Origin: Anaeromyxobacteraceae bacterium
Lineage (GTDB): Bacteria; Myxococcota; Myxococcia; Myxococcales; Anaeromyxobacteraceae
DNA: 64,000 bases
Direction of reading: 5' to 3'
Assembly (NCBI GenBank): GCA_047602405.1
Contig: JASGHJ010000001.1
Coordinates: 576,001-640,000 of the forward strand
The position numbers were made by a program, and so were the translations under genes. Positions 12,663 through 24,055 of this stretch are shown piece after piece. The notes below the pieces were generated by a model, which ran no database searches, was not told where the DNA came from, and saw only the letters and a list, made by a program, of their open reading frames with translations. Positions within the stretch are counted from its first letter, which is position 1, and every line of letters starts with the position of its first letter.

Positions 12663-13946
12663 GTGCAGCCGCTGTCCGAGGACCGCCTCCGCACCGTGCC
12701 GTGGCACGCGCTCGCAGGGCTCGCGCCCGCGCTCGACGCGCCGCTCACCGACGTGCTCGCCGGCGTGCCCGCCGAGCGGGTCCTCGATCGCCTGCTCCGC
12801 GATCGGCGCGGCCTCGACGCGGCGGGGCGGGCCGCGATGGCCGAGGCGGTCTTCGGCGTCGGGCTCTGGCGCCGCCGGCTGCGCGCGCAGCTCGGAGATC
12901 CCGCCGCGGGGCCGCGGCTGCTCGTCGGCGCGCTCCTTCGCGACCTCGCGGGGCGCGCGGACGCCGAGGCGCTCGCGGGGCTCGAGCCCGGCGCGCTGCC
13001 GCCGCCGCGGCCGCCGCCGGTCGAGCTCGGCGACCGCGCCTCGCTGCCGGACTGGCTCGTCGCGGAGCTGCACGCGGCCGTGGGTCCCAGGGCCGCCGCG
13101 CTCGCCGACGCCCTCAACCTCCCGGGCCCCGTCGCCCTGCGCGCAAACCGGCTGCGCACCGACCGCGACGCGCTCGCCGGGCTCCTGCGCGCCGAGGGCG
13201 TCGAGACCCGCCCGAGCGAGCTCGCGCCGGACGGCCTCGTCGCGACGTCACCGCGGCCGAACGTGCTCGGGCTCTCCGCCCACCGGGAGGGGCTCTTCGA
13301 GGTGCAGGACGAGGCGAGCCAGCTCGCCGGCAGCGCCGTCGGCGCGCGCGAGGGCGAGGAGGTGCTCGACCTCTGCGCCGGCGCGGGCGGGAAGGCGCTG
13401 CTCCTCGCGGCGGCGGTCGGACCGCGCGGGCGCGTGCACGCGACCGACGTCGACCCCGCCCGGCTCGACCGCCTGTGCGCGCGCGCCGAGCGCGCCGGCT
13501 GCGCGGGCGCGATCACCGTCCACGGCGCCGCGCCGCCGCCGGGCCTGCGCGTGCAGCGGGTCCTCGTCGACGCGCCCTGCTCCGAGCTCGGCGCGCTCCG
13601 GCGCGGGCCCGACCAGCGCTGGCGCATCGACCCCGCGGGCTTCGCGGCCCTGCCCGCGCTGCAGGGGGAGCTCCTCGCGCGCGCCGCGGCCCACGTCGCG
13701 TCGGGCGGCCGGCTCGTCTACGCGACGTGCACCTTCCGGGCGGAGGAGGACGAGACCGTGGCCGAGGCCTTCGAGGACGCGCACCCGGACTTCCTGCGCG
13801 TCGTGCCGGACGTCGAGCACGCGGCCGCGCGGCTCGGCGGCCTCGGCGCGCTCGTCACGCCCGACGGGTTCGTGCGCACGTGGCCCCACCGCCACGGCGC
13901 GGACGGCTTCTTCGTGGCGGCGTGGCGGCGCGAGCGGGGGACGTAG
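12663..13946 (+). CDS. RsmB/NOP2 family SAM-dependent RNA m5C methyltransferase
   Basis: VQDEASQ, VLDLCAGAGGKA, VLVDAPCS, LVYATCT and DGFFVA motifs. Confidence 0.9.
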   Translation: MQPLSEDRLRTVPWHALAGLAPALDAPLTDVLAGVPAERVLDRLLRDRRGLDAAGRAAMAEAVFGVGLWRRRLRAQLGDPAAGPRLLVGALLRDLAGRADAEALAGLEPGALPPPRPPPVELGDRASLPDWLVAELHAAVGPRAAALADALNLPGPVALRANRLRTDRDALAGLLRAEGVETRPSELAPDGLVATSPRPNVLGLSAHREGLFEVQDEASQLAGSAVGAREGEEVLDLCAGAGGKALLLAAAVGPRGRVHATDVDPARLDRLCARAERAGCAGAITVHGAAPPPGLRVQRVLVDAPCSELGALRRGPDQRWRIDPAGFAALPALQGELLARAAAHVASGGRLVYATCTFRAEEDETVAEAFEDAHPDFLRVVPDVEHAAARLGGLGALVTPDGFVRTWPHRHGADGFFVAAWRRERGT

Positions 13947-13964
13947 CGCGGCGCGCCAGCCGGC

Positions 13965-14876
13965 TCAGGCGGGCAGCGCGTCGACGAGCTCGAACGCCTC
14001 GGCGCGGAGCGCGAGCACGTCCTCGTCCTCCAGCCAGAGCACCTCGAGCGCCTGCTCCACCGTGGCGGGCGCGTCGCAGTCGAGGCCGCCCTCCGGCTGG
14101 GCGGGCATCTTCCGGGCCCCGGCGGACGCCTCCGGGGGCGGCGGGAGCAGGCCCGCGCCGGCCTCCCACGCGAGCTGGTGCGCGAGCACGACGGCGGCGT
14201 TCACCTGGTACGCGCGCCCGCCGGGCGCCGGATCGTGGTGCGTGGAGGCGACCGCGCGGATCGGATCGGGCAGCCTCCAGGCGGTGACCAGGCGGCCCGA
14301 CGCCTCGGTGTGGAGGGCGTCGAGGACCGGCGCGAGGGTGTCGAGCGGCATCCCGCGGAAGCGCGGCACGTCCGCCACCACCTGCAGGCACGCCGCGAAC
14401 CCGACGTCGTGCACGAGCCCCGCCACGAAGGCGTGCTCGCTGGGCGCAGAGGCGCACTTGCAGATCGCGCGGGTGAGGCCCGCGACCGCGGACGCGTGGC
14501 GGTTGAGCCGCTTCGCGAACGGCTTGTGGTCCGGCGCCTGGAAGACCCGGAGCTCGAGGGCGGCCTGCACGACCACCTGCGAGAGCATCTCGAGGCCGAG
14601 GCGGACCGCGGCCTGGCGGAGCGAGACGACCGGCGAGCGGCGCGAGTACTGCGCCGAGCCGGCGAGGCCGAGGACGCGCCCGGCGAGGACCGGGTCGCGC
14701 TCGAGGAGGTTCACGACGTCGGAGAGCTGGACGTCGGGAGAGCGGGTGAGCTGGAGGACCTCGAGCGCGACGGCGGGCAGGAGCGGCGGGCGCCAGGAGG
14801 GCGCGGCGAGGGCGCTCCGGACGGCCTCGGCGAGGTCGGGGGCGGACAGCGAGGTGCGGGTCGCGGTGGTGCTCAC
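13965..14876 (-). CDS. HDOD domain protein
   Basis: PPLLPAVALEVL, DPVLAGRVL, SLRQAAVRLG, AGLVHDVG, WRLP and THH motifs. Confidence 0.88.
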   Translation of the reverse strand: MSTTATRTSLSAPDLAEAVRSALAAPSWRPPLLPAVALEVLQLTRSPDVQLSDVVNLLERDPVLAGRVLGLAGSAQYSRRSPVVSLRQAAVRLGLEMLSQVVVQAALELRVFQAPDHKPFAKRLNRHASAVAGLTRAICKCASAPSEHAFVAGLVHDVGFAACLQVVADVPRFRGMPLDTLAPVLDALHTEASGRLVTAWRLPDPIRAVASTHHDPAPGGRAYQVNAAVVLAHQLAWEAGAGLLPPPPEASAGARKMPAQPEGGLDCDAPATVEQALEVLWLEDEDVLALRAEAFELVDALPA

Positions 14877-15091
14877 GGGGGGCGACCCCTTGCGAGGGCC
14901 GTGCTCGCGCGGAGCCGCATGAACACGCGGAAACGGGCGGGGTTCGCGCCACCCCGGGTTGCCCGGCCCCTCGCGGCCGCCGGCGACGCCCGCACCACCG
15001 GTCAAGGCGGGCGGGTCGCCGGCCGAGGGGGCCGCCCCTGCGCCGGGACGGCGCGTCACCGTGTCACGGCACGAACCCACCGACGCCGAGC

Positions 15092-16771
15092 TCAGAGCTC
15101 GGTCTTCATCACGGCCCCCGCCGAGGCGTTCGACACGAGGAGCGCGTAGCGGCGGAGCCAGGGCGACCGGACCGCCTTCTTCACGGGGCGCCACGCGGCC
15201 CTGCGCGCGGCGAGCTCGGCGTCCGGCACGTCGAGGTGGAGCACGCGCTCGTCGACGTCGAGCGTGATGGCGTCGCCGTCCTTCACGAGCGCGATCGTGC
15301 CCCCCTCGGCGGCCTCCGGGGAGACGTGCCCGATGCACGCGCCGCGGGTGGCGCCGGAGAACCGGCCGTCGGTCACCAGCCCCACGCTCTCGCCGAGCCC
15401 CATGCCCATGATCATCGAGGTCGGGGCGAGCATCTCCACCATGCCCGGGCCGCCCTTCGGCCCCTCGTAGCGGATCACGACCACGTGCCCGGCCTTCACC
15501 TTGCCGCCCCGGATGCCCTCGAGCGCGTCCTCCTGCGAGTCGAAGCAGATCGCCCAGCCGGTGAAGCGGCGCATCGTCGGCTGGATGCCGGCCGTCTTCA
15601 CGATCGCGCCGTCCTCGGCGAGGTTGCCGAAGAGCGCGGCGATCCCGCCGACCGGCGAGTAGGGCGCGTCGATCGGCCGGATGACGGCGCGGTCCTTCAC
15701 CTCGGCGGTGGCGATGCGCTCGCCGACGGTCTCGCCGGTGACGGTGAGGGCGCCCTTGCGCACCACGTCGCCGCGGGAGGCGACCTCGTGCAGCACCGCC
15801 GGCACGCCGCCCGCCGCGTGCACGTCCTCGATGTGCACGGTCGAGAGCGACGGGGCGATCTTCGCGACGTGCGCGACCTTGCGCGCGAGCGTCTCGAGGT
15901 CGCGCAGGCCGTAGGTGACGCCGGCCTCGCGCGCGATCGCGAGCATGTGGAGCACGGTGTTCGAGGAGCCGCCCATGGCGAGGTCGACCACCATGGCGTT
16001 GTGGATCGCGTCGGCGGTCACGATCTTCCGCATCCGGAAGCGCTCGTCGCCGGCGATCTCGACCGCGCGTCGCGCCGCCCGGCGGACCAGCGCCTCGCGC
16101 TCCGGCGTGAGCGCGAGCACGGTGCCGTTGCCGGGCAGCGCGATGCCCATCGCCTCGCAGAGCACGTTCATCGAGTTCGCGGTGAACATGCCGGAGCAGG
16201 AGCCGCCCGACGGGCAGGCCTTGCACTCAATCTCGTAGAGCTCCTCGTCGGTGAGCTTCCCCAGCGCGCGCTGGCCCACCGCCTCGAACGCGGTGTTGAG
16301 GTCGATGGCGGTGCCGTCCGCGAGGTGGCCGGCCTTCATCGGCCCGCCGGAGCAGAACACGGTGGGCACGTCGACGCGCAGGGCGCCCATGACCATGCCC
16401 GGCACGATCTTGTCGCAGTTCGGGATGCACAGGAGCGCGTCGAGCTGGTGCGCCTCCATCATCGTCTCGATCGAGTCCGCGATGAGCTCGCGGGAGGGGA
16501 GCGAGTAGTGCATGCCCCCGTGGCCCATCGCGATGCCGTCGTCGACGCCGATGGTGTTGAACTCGAAGGGGACCCCGCCGGCCTTCCGGATCTCGTCCTT
16601 CGCGATCCGGCCGTACTCCTGGAGGTAGAAGTGGCCGGGGATGATGTCGACGTGGCTGTTCGCGATGGCGATGAACGGCTTCTCGAAGTCCTCGTCCGTG
16701 AGGCCCGTGGCGCGGAGCAGGCTGCGGTGCGGCGCCTTCTCGAACCCCTTCTTGATCGTGTCGCTGCGCAT
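15092..16771 (-). CDS. ilvD: Dihydroxy-acid dehydratase
   Basis: MRSDTIKKG...PGH...[23 protein letters not shown]...CDKIVPG...[12 protein letters not shown]...[10 protein letters not shown]...[21 protein letters not shown]. Confidence 0.97.
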   Translation of the reverse strand: MRSDTIKKGFEKAPHRSLLRATGLTDEDFEKPFIAIANSHVDIIPGHFYLQEYGRIAKDEIRKAGGVPFEFNTIGVDDGIAMGHGGMHYSLPSRELIADSIETMMEAHQLDALLCIPNCDKIVPGMVMGALRVDVPTVFCSGGPMKAGHLADGTAIDLNTAFEAVGQRALGKLTDEELYEIECKACPSGGSCSGMFTANSMNVLCEAMGIALPGNGTVLALTPEREALVRRAARRAVEIAGDERFRMRKIVTADAIHNAMVVDLAMGGSSNTVLHMLAIAREAGVTYGLRDLETLARKVAHVAKIAPSLSTVHIEDVHAAGGVPAVLHEVASRGDVVRKGALTVTGETVGERIATAEVKDRAVIRPIDAPYSPVGGIAALFGNLAEDGAIVKTAGIQPTMRRFTGWAICFDSQEDALEGIRGGKVKAGHVVVIRYEGPKGGPGMVEMLAPTSMIMGMGLGESVGLVTDGRFSGATRGACIGHVSPEAAEGGTIALVKDGDAITLDVDERVLHLDVPDAELAARRAAWRPVKKAVRSPWLRRYALLVSNASAGAVMKTEL

Positions 16772-16795
16772 CGTGCGATTATAGCCCTTCGAGCC

Positions 16796-17470
16796 GTGAC
16801 CCCGCTCACCACCCCGGGCTTCGAGGAGGCCGTCTCCGCGCTGCGGCGCGCGCTCGCCGCGCGGGCGCCGGACCCGCTCGAGGTCCCCGCGTTCCGGCGG
16901 GCGGCGGTGCTCGTGCCGCTGCTCGCCCGGCCGGACGGACCCACGGTCCTCTTCACGCGCCGCTCGCAGGATCTCCCGCACCACCGGGGCGAGATCTCCT
17001 TCCCGGGCGGCGGGCTCGACCCGGGCGAGTCGCCCGAGGCGGGGGCGCTGCGCGAGGCCCACGAGGAGGTCGGGCTCCTGCCCGAGGCCTCCGAGGTGCT
17101 GGGCCGCCTCGACGACCTCCCCTCGATCGCGCGGTACGTGGTGACGCCGGTCGTCGCCGCGATCCGCTCCCCGCCTGCGGCGTTCACGCCGGCCGCGGGG
17201 GAGGTGGCGGAGGGCTTCGAGGTGCCGCTCTCCCGGCTGCTCGATCCTGCGATCCGCAGGGCCGCGCTCTGGGACCCGTCGCGCCTTCCGCCCGAGGTGC
17301 CGGTCGCGCTCATCCGCGCGCGCATCCCGTTCGAGGAGACGGACGGCTCGGGGAAGTGGAAGGTCTGGTCGTTCGCCGCCGACCCCGAGCGGGTGATCTG
17401 GGGGCTCACCGCCCGGATCGTGGCCACGCTCCTCGACCGAGCGTTCGGGCCCGGCACGCGGAGCGCCTAG
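16796..17470 (+). CDS. Nudix hydrolase, CoA pyrophosphatase type
   Basis: [17 protein letters not shown], Nudix box [10 protein letters not shown] and IWGLTA. Confidence 0.92.
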   Translation: MTPLTTPGFEEAVSALRRALAARAPDPLEVPAFRRAAVLVPLLARPDGPTVLFTRRSQDLPHHRGEISFPGGGLDPGESPEAGALREAHEEVGLLPEASEVLGRLDDLPSIARYVVTPVVAAIRSPPAAFTPAAGEVAEGFEVPLSRLLDPAIRRAALWDPSRLPPEVPVALIRARIPFEETDGSGKWKVWSFAADPERVIWGLTARIVATLLDRAFGPGTRSA

Positions 17471-19591
17471 TAGTAGTAGTTCCGCTGAGCGACGCGCAGG
17501 TGCGCGACCCCGTCGGTGTCGATCCAGGCGACGCTGAGCCCGAAGCTCTCCTCGACCGTGTAGCTCGCGACCTGCCCACCGGCGGGGATCGCGGGCAGCG
17601 ATCGCCAGGTCCCGTCTGCGTTCCGCTCCCGGACCTCGAAGCGGTCGAGGCCCGCCTCGCGCACCACGAACACGAGCTTCGACCTCGCGAAGCGCGGCCA
17701 GCGCGCCGCGCGCCCAGGCGACGCGTCGATGACGATCGGATCGGACAGGTAGCCGTACGGCGTGCACTCGCGGCCCACGATCCCACCCGCCTCGTCCCAG
17801 ACGACCCAGGTCGTGAGGCCACCGTCGGCGAGCGCGGGGCGGCCCGCCACCTGGGCCGGGTCCACGTTGATGGGCCCCACCGGCGCCGAGAGGCTCGTGT
17901 GGTCGTAGTTCGCGAAGCGGAGGAAGAGCTGGGCCGGGCCGCCGGGCGGGGCCTCCAGGGTCGCGAGGGTGCTCCCGTTCACTGCGGCTCCGCGCAGGTC
18001 CTGGATCGCGCCCGTCGCGATCGGGGCCTGGTTCGCCCACCGGTAGCGCACGAGCGAGCCGCCGCCCGGGGCCGGCTCGGCCCAGGCGACGCCGGCGAGG
18101 ATCGCCACCCCCACGTCCTGGAGCGCCGGCCCAGGGCTGGCGAGGGCCGTGATGGCCGGCGCCGCCGCGAGCACGGTCCGCCCCGCGGTCCGGCTCCAGC
18201 GGACGACGCGATCGCCCCCGGCGTCGGACTCGACCCAGAGGAGGCGTCCCACGTCGCCGGAGCCGTCGAGCGCGCGCACCGCCCCCGCGGACAGCACCTC
18301 GCCGACCGCAAGCGGCGAGGGCTGGGGGCCGGCGGCTCCGGCGAAGCGCCGGACCGCGCCGTCCGCGCCGCGGACCAGGAGGGTCACGTCGTCGGGTAGC
18401 ACGAAGCTGCGGTACCCGATCGCGAGTTCCACGGACGTGGTGCCGGGGGACAGGAGGGCGGGCCAGGGGACTCGCCAGGCGGGGGCGTCGAAGGTGCAGG
18501 CGCCGGGGCCCATCACGAGCGGGTTCCCCGCGCGGTCCACGTACGGCGGGGGCGCGAACGACAGCCTGGCCGGGAAGGCGACAGGCCGGTCCACGTAGAA
18601 TCCGCTGGGACGTGAGGCCGTTCCAGCCCGCTCCGCCCACCGGCTCGGAGAACGTCGCGAGCGCGCCCGCGCTCCAGTCCGCGTCGTCGGGGCGCGTCTC
18701 CACCGAGCAGGTGCAGGTGGGCGAGGTGTTGTCGGTGGCGAGCTCGAGGGGCGGGCTCGCCAGGAACCCGGGCGCGTCCACGGCGAGCGCGTGGGGTCCA
18801 TCGGCGAGCGGCGTCGTGTCGAGGCCGACGCTCCCGCCGATCGGGAGGTCGGCGCGCTTCACGCCATCGACCAGGAGCTCGAGCGGCCCGACCACCCCGG
18901 CGTAGACGGGGGGCGCCGCCACGGTGACGGTCCCGCGCAGCAGCCCGGAGCCGGAGACCGTCGGCTGGGGCAGCGTGGGCGCGGTCCAGCGTTGCGAGAA
19001 GGCCGCGCACGAGGCGTGGACGTCGCAGACCTCACCGGAGAGCTCGACGGGCCCTGCGTCGAGCGCCTGGACACCTTCGATGTCGGCGCGGAGCTCGGCC
19101 CCCACGATGCTCGAGGTCACGTCGAGGCGCCCCCCCGGCCCGCTCGCGACCAGCCCGTGCACGGAGCCGAGCCTCTCGAAGAACGTGACCCGAGCCTGGA
19201 ACAGCCGCTCGGCGCCCGTCCGGTAGAGGACGTCGGGGGGCTCGACCGCCAGGATCACGGGAGGCGGCCACGCCACCACCACCCGCGTCGCCTCGCTCTC
19301 GAGGCGGATCCCTCCGTCGTACGCGCGGGCGGAGAGCGCATACGCGCCGTTCACGGGCAGCACGAGCAGGTACGGCTCCCCGGCGTGGACCCGGCCCGGC
19401 AGCTCGGCGCCGTCGAGGAGCAGGCGCACCTCGCCCTGGGCGCCGGTGGTGACGAGCACCTCGAGCCGGCCGTCCACCACCGTGACCGACCCGGCGGGCT
19501 CGAGCCGGACGGTGCCAGGGTGATCGAAGAGCTTGCAGCCCTCCGCGACGAGGAGGCCGAGCGCGAGGACGGAGCGGAGGGGGGCGGTCAT
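17467..19591 (-). pseudogene. Ig-like domain putative lipoprotein, split by a frameshift near 18600 (or a sequencing indel)
   Basis: The ATG 19591 frame ([19 protein letters not shown]...[13 protein letters not shown]...TFSEPV) loses coding character near 18600. The frame ending at 17467 (FYVDRPV...YVDRAGNPL...) then takes over. The span is 2125 bp (3n+1). Confidence 0.6.
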
Positions 19592-20652
19592 GGCGTCGCG
19601 TCCAGCTGGAGTCCGAACCAGATCCGGGGGGGGCCGTCGAGGGCGCTCGCGGCGCCCGCGTCGAGGGCCATGCGGCCGACGCGCCACCGGGCGCCCACGA
19701 TCGCGAGCACCGGCGTGTCGCTGCCCCGGCGCGAGGCCCAGACCTCGCCGAGGAGGTCCACCCGCGGGGCGACCTGGCTCGTGACCGCGAGCGCGACGCC
19801 GGTCGCGCCCATCGCCCCGAGCCCCTCCGCGCCCTCGAAGATCGGCCCGGCGTGGAGGGTGACGAGGAGCGCCGGGTAGGTGAGGCTCACCGTCCCCGAC
19901 AGGAAGCCCTGCACGCTGCCGCCGGAGCCCGCCCGCACGTGCAGGCCACTCGCGAGCCGCAGGTGCTCGCCGAGCGCAGCCCCGCCGCGCAGCGCCCCGA
20001 AGACGTTGCGGCCGTAGGACGCCGCGTGAAGCACCGGCAAGGTGGTGCCCGCGGTCAAGGCCGCGTGCCCACCCAGCCCGACGGTGGCGGAGAGATCTGC
20101 GGCCTCGACGAGCGCGAGGCGCAAGCCGCCGGAGGGCACCAGCACGGCCGAGGGCGCGGTGAGGTGCCGGTCCGAGATGTCGGCGGGCCGGGTGCGCTCG
20201 ACCACCCGGAGGATCCGCGCCACCTTCTCGTCCGGCAGGGTCCACTGCACGTCGCCGCCCACCTCCAGGAGGACGGCGCCGCCGGTCCGGCCGAGGAGCC
20301 TGCCGCGCAGCACCTTGCCGTCGCGGAGGACCACGCACGCGAGCGGCGGCCCCTCCGGCAGCGAGCCGTGGGGGACGGTGACGTCGAGGAGCCCGGCCAC
20401 GTCGGCGGCCCTCGAGAAGACGACGTCGCCGTTCGGCCGGCGGACCGCGACCACCCCGGGCCGCGAGCGCAGGATCTTCCCCTGGATCGTCTCGCCGTCC
20501 GCGAGGACGAGGTACCCCTCCGCGCCGGGCAGCGCGGGCGCGAGCGCGATCTCGCCGAGCGGCGCTTCCGGTGCCGTCGCCGGGGCCTGCGCCCGCGCCG
20601 TGGTGGCGACGGCGGCGACGAGCAGCGCGGCGGCGGTCTGGAAGAGGCTCAT
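19588..20652 (-). CDS. Secreted / outer-membrane hypothetical protein
   Basis: ATG at 20652 after GGAGG; signal peptide, two 'L.DG....G....' small domains and a beta-strand-rich C-terminus. Confidence 0.65.
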   Translation of the reverse strand: MSLFQTAAALLVAAVATTARAQAPATAPEAPLGEIALAPALPGAEGYLVLADGETIQGKILRSRPGVVAVRRPNGDVVFSRAADVAGLLDVTVPHGSLPEGPPLACVVLRDGKVLRGRLLGRTGGAVLLEVGGDVQWTLPDEKVARILRVVERTRPADISDRHLTAPSAVLVPSGGLRLALVEAADLSATVGLGGHAALTAGTTLPVLHAASYGRNVFGALRGGAALGEHLRLASGLHVRAGSGGSVQGFLSGTVSLTYPALLVTLHAGPIFEGAEGLGAMGATGVALAVTSQVAPRVDLLGEVWASRRGSDTPVLAIVGARWRVGRMALDAGAASALDGPPRIWFGLQLDATP

Positions 20653-20996
20653 CCCGGATTCCTCCGGAGAGAAAAGCACACCAGGCGGCCCGGCGTTGAG
20701 TCTTCGGAGGTCCCGGCCCGCCGGGCGAGACCGGGTCGCGACCCGGGGAGAGGCCCACACGGGGGCGGGGGTGTGGCTCGCGATCCGATCGCGGTGCTTC
20801 GCCTCGGTGGAGGCGAGCCTGCCGACATCCGCCACGTCCAACCGAAGCAGCAGCACCCCAGGGACCGGAACATCCTCCCGATCCGCGCGTTCCACCCTCT
20901 CGTGGTGAACCAGCTCAGTTCGGACGAACCCGGGCGGAGCGCGCGTGAGCGCACAGCGGACCCGGGATCGATCCGGATGCGGTGGCGCACTAGGAT

Positions 20997-22622
20997 GTGA
21001 ACGTGACCAGGTCAGCGTACGTCGCAGTCGCCGCCATCGCCGTGCTCGCCACCGCCTGTGGCGGCGGAGGCTCGAAGAAGTCCTCCGGTCCCTCCGAGGG
21101 CTCCGCGTGCACCAAGCAGACGGACTGCGGCAGCTCGCTCCTCTGCCATGCGGGCAAGTGCGCGGCGTCGCTGCCGGCCTCGCCGAGCTGCGCGAGCCCG
21201 GGCGGCGCTCCCTCGCTGCTCGCCGGGCCGGCGGTGGTGGCGAGCGATCCTGGCGTGGGCGTCTGCGGGTTCGGCGTCCAGACGCCGATCTTCCCCGCCG
21301 GCGCGGGCCTCGGGCAGGTGCAGGACCTCGGGACGCACACGGTCGGCGACGTCGTGACCTTCACGGTCCCCGCGGACACGTGGAGCATCACCATCTACGA
21401 GCAGGAGGTCGGCGGGGTGGCCCCGAAGACCATCACCTTCTCGACGAGCTCCGGCGGCTCCTCCACGCAGCCGAACGTGGCGGTGCCGGACCAGGTGAAG
21501 TCGCCCACCGGCCTCGTGATCTTCGACGACGTCGGGATGTCGAGCCCGCCCTCGGGCCCGAACGGCTACGACGACTACACGAAGGCCTTCTATGGGGTGC
21601 ACTTCGGCGCCGCGACGCCGTACTCGGGCACCGCGACCTTCCCGAACGCCTCGAAGGGGCTCGAGCTCGCGCGCGTCGCGGGCTCGCTCGTCCCGGGCAC
21701 GTGGTCGCTCCGGGTGAACGACTACGCCTACGAGTGCGCGACCGCGTACTCGAACTGCACCGCCGGCGCGAGCACCACGAGCCAGTACCGGGTCCACGTC
21801 GTCACGCACGGCCCGCTCCGCAGCACCGGCAAGCTCGACCTCGACGTCTACCTCGCCACCGACAACGCGAACGGCACCGCCCGGCTCACCGCCGCGCAGG
21901 CGGTGAACGACGCCGGCATGAAGCGGCTCTTCGCCTCGGCGGGCACGTTCCTCGGGCGGGCGGGGCTCTGCCTCGGCACGGTCACGTTCCACGACCTGCC
22001 GGACTGGGCGCGGAGCCGCTTCGCGCTCACGACCTACGACGACACGCAGACCTGCGACGAGACGAACCAGCTCTTCCGGCTCGCGCTCACGCAGGACTCC
22101 GGCGTGCACCTCTTCTTCGTGGACGATCTCGTCGACGCGAACGCCGGCGGCAGCCAGGTCGGGACCCTGCTCGGCCTCGACGGCGCGATCCCCGGCCCGT
22201 CGGGCCTCCCCGGCTCGCCCACGAGCGGCGCGATCGTGCCGATCGGCGGCGTCAGCTCGGGCTGCACGGGCTCGGGGCTCAACCTCGCGAGCTGCGAGGC
22301 GGACCTCATGGCCTACGTGACCTCGCACGAGGCCGGCCACTGGCTCGGGCTCTTCCACACGACCGAGTACCCGGGGACCTTCTTCGATCCGCTCGCCGAC
22401 ACTGGTGAGTGCCCGTGCAGCCAGTGTGCGACCAACAAGCCGAAGTGCGGCCAGGACCCGAACCTCGCGATGACCACGAACCTGTGCAACAAGAGCTCGG
22501 TCTGCACGGGCGGGGACAACCTCATGTTCTGGCTCGTCACCCCCGGCGCGTCGATCGGCAACCTCACCTCGCAGCAGGGCGAGGTCATCCGCCTCAACCC
22601 GGCCGTGGAGGTGAAGCCGTGA
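20997..22622 (+). CDS. Cys-rich lipoprotein zinc metalloprotease (metzincin, M43-like)
   Basis: Lipobox ATAC; HEAGHWLGLFHT (HExxHxxGxxH); Met-turn DNLMFW. Confidence 0.82.
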   Translation: MNVTRSAYVAVAAIAVLATACGGGGSKKSSGPSEGSACTKQTDCGSSLLCHAGKCAASLPASPSCASPGGAPSLLAGPAVVASDPGVGVCGFGVQTPIFPAGAGLGQVQDLGTHTVGDVVTFTVPADTWSITIYEQEVGGVAPKTITFSTSSGGSSTQPNVAVPDQVKSPTGLVIFDDVGMSSPPSGPNGYDDYTKAFYGVHFGAATPYSGTATFPNASKGLELARVAGSLVPGTWSLRVNDYAYECATAYSNCTAGASTTSQYRVHVVTHGPLRSTGKLDLDVYLATDNANGTARLTAAQAVNDAGMKRLFASAGTFLGRAGLCLGTVTFHDLPDWARSRFALTTYDDTQTCDETNQLFRLALTQDSGVHLFFVDDLVDANAGGSQVGTLLGLDGAIPGPSGLPGSPTSGAIVPIGGVSSGCTGSGLNLASCEADLMAYVTSHEAGHWLGLFHTTEYPGTFFDPLADTGECPCSQCATNKPKCGQDPNLAMTTNLCNKSSVCTGGDNLMFWLVTPGASIGNLTSQQGEVIRLNPAVEVKP

Positions 22623-23185
22623 TCGCCGCGCTCGCCGCCCTGCTCCTCTCCGCCGGACCCGCGGCCGCCGCGCCCGCCGACCCCTGTGCGCCGCGCGGCG
22701 ACGCGCGCGACGCCGACCGCACGAGCGCCTGCGAGCTCCTCGGCGCCATCGACCGCCGCGTCCCGGACGGCACGTGGCGCGCGCTCGGCCCGGTCGCCGA
22801 CGAGGTCCTCGCCGCGCTCGCCCGCGGCGGTGGGCTCGTCGTCTTCCGCGCCCGCGCGCTCGAGGCGCTCGCCGCCCGCGGCGGGGCCGAGGCCGAGGCC
22901 GCCCACCGCGCGCTCGCGATCGACGGCGCCGCGCCGATGATGGTGCGCCGGGCCGCCGTGCACGGCCTCTCCCGGCTCCTCGACGACGCCGCCCTCACGG
23001 CCGCGCTCGCGCCGCTCGCCGAGCGCGACGCCGACGGCCGCGTGCGCGCCGAGGCGAGCGAGGTGCTCGCCCGCCGCGTGCCCGCCGCCGCGTGCGCCGG
23101 CGTCCGCGCCCGCGCCTCCGCCGGCGGCGTCGAGGCCATCCGGCTCGAGCGCGCGCTCCGGGCCTGCGGGGCCGCGGAGCGGTAG
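22619..23185 (+). CDS. Secreted HEAT-repeat-like protein
   Basis: GTG overlaps the upstream [20 protein letters not shown] and VRAEASEVL repeats. Confidence 0.65.
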   Translation: MIAALAALLLSAGPAAAAPADPCAPRGDARDADRTSACELLGAIDRRVPDGTWRALGPVADEVLAALARGGGLVVFRARALEALAARGGAEAEAAHRALAIDGAAPMMVRRAAVHGLSRLLDDAALTAALAPLAERDADGRVRAEASEVLARRVPAAACAGVRARASAGGVEAIRLERALRACGAAER

Positions 23186-24055
23186 ATGCTCCTCGCCGGG
23201 CTCACCCTCGCGGCCGCGCTCGCCGGCGGCCCGCCGGTGCCGGACTCGGCCTGCGCGGCCTACCTGCAGGTCTACCCGTCCGCGCCGCTGCCCAAGGCGG
23301 GCGGCGAGGCCGCCTGCGGCGAGCTCCTCGCGGAGGCCTGCGACGCGGGCCGGCGGCTCGCCTGCGCCGAGCTCGGCGTGCTCCTCGAGGAGGGCGTCGT
23401 GCTGAAGCGTGACGGCCCCCGCGCGCTCGCGTTCCTCGAGCGCGCCTGCGACGCGGGCGTGGGCTGGGCCTGCGGCGAGCTCGGCCTGTTCCTCCTGCGC
23501 CGGGGCGAGGGCGAGCGCGGGCGTGCGGCGCTGCGCGAGGGCTGCGCGATCGGGAGCGGCGCGGCCTGCACGGCGCGGCTCGCCGACGTGACCGACCCGG
23601 AGGCGGCGCGCCGGCTCGCCGAGCGCGCCTGCGACCTCGGCGACGTCGACGGCTGCGTCGCGCTCGCGGCGCGCACGCCGGGCGGCCCTGCGCCGGCGAC
23701 GCTCGACCGCGCCTGCAGGCTGGGCGCGGCCGAGGCGTGCGCGGCGCTCGGCGCCGAGGGGATCGGCAAGCGCTGCGACGGCGGCGACGGCCAGGCGTGC
23801 CTCCAGCTCGGCGTGCTCCTCGAGGAGGGCCGGGTGATGAAGGCCGACGGCGCGGCGGCGGCGGCGCGCTACGAGCGCGCGTGCACGGCGGGGAAGGCGG
23901 AGGCGTGCTGGCGGCTCGGCCGCCTGCACCGGCTCGGCGCCGGCGTGGCGCACGACGAGGCCCGGGCGAGGAAGCTGCTCGCCGGGGCGTGCGCGGACGG
24001 CGAGCGGGAGGCGTGCCGGCTGCTGAACGAGGGCGAGGCGGAGCTGCCCCGCTAA
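23186..24055 (+). CDS. Secreted Sel1-like (HcpA-type Cys-rich) repeat protein
   Basis: Repeated A...ERAC.AG...AC..LG motifs; the third base of its TAA stop is the first base of the element's left TIR. Confidence 0.88.
   Translation: MLLAGLTLAAALAGGPPVPDSACAAYLQVYPSAPLPKAGGEAACGELLAEACDAGRRLACAELGVLLEEGVVLKRDGPRALAFLERACDAGVGWACGELGLFLLRRGEGERGRAALREGCAIGSGAACTARLADVTDPEAARRLAERACDLGDVDGCVALAARTPGGPAPATLDRACRLGAAEACAALGAEGIGKRCDGGDGQACLQLGVLLEEGRVMKADGAAAAARYERACTAGKAEACWRLGRLHRLGAGVAHDEARARKLLAGACADGEREACRLLNEGEAELPR

Noticed and set aside
17468..17479. TAGTAGTAGTAG run as a special stop array
   Set aside because: It is explained by the Tyr-Tyr-Tyr-stop end of the convergent minus-strand gene.
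15092..20758. 1888-aa ORF as a giant IlvD fusion
   Set aside because: It is a stop-free GC-rich frame that joins ilvD, the antisense of the Nudix gene and the 5' half of the frameshifted lipoprotein.
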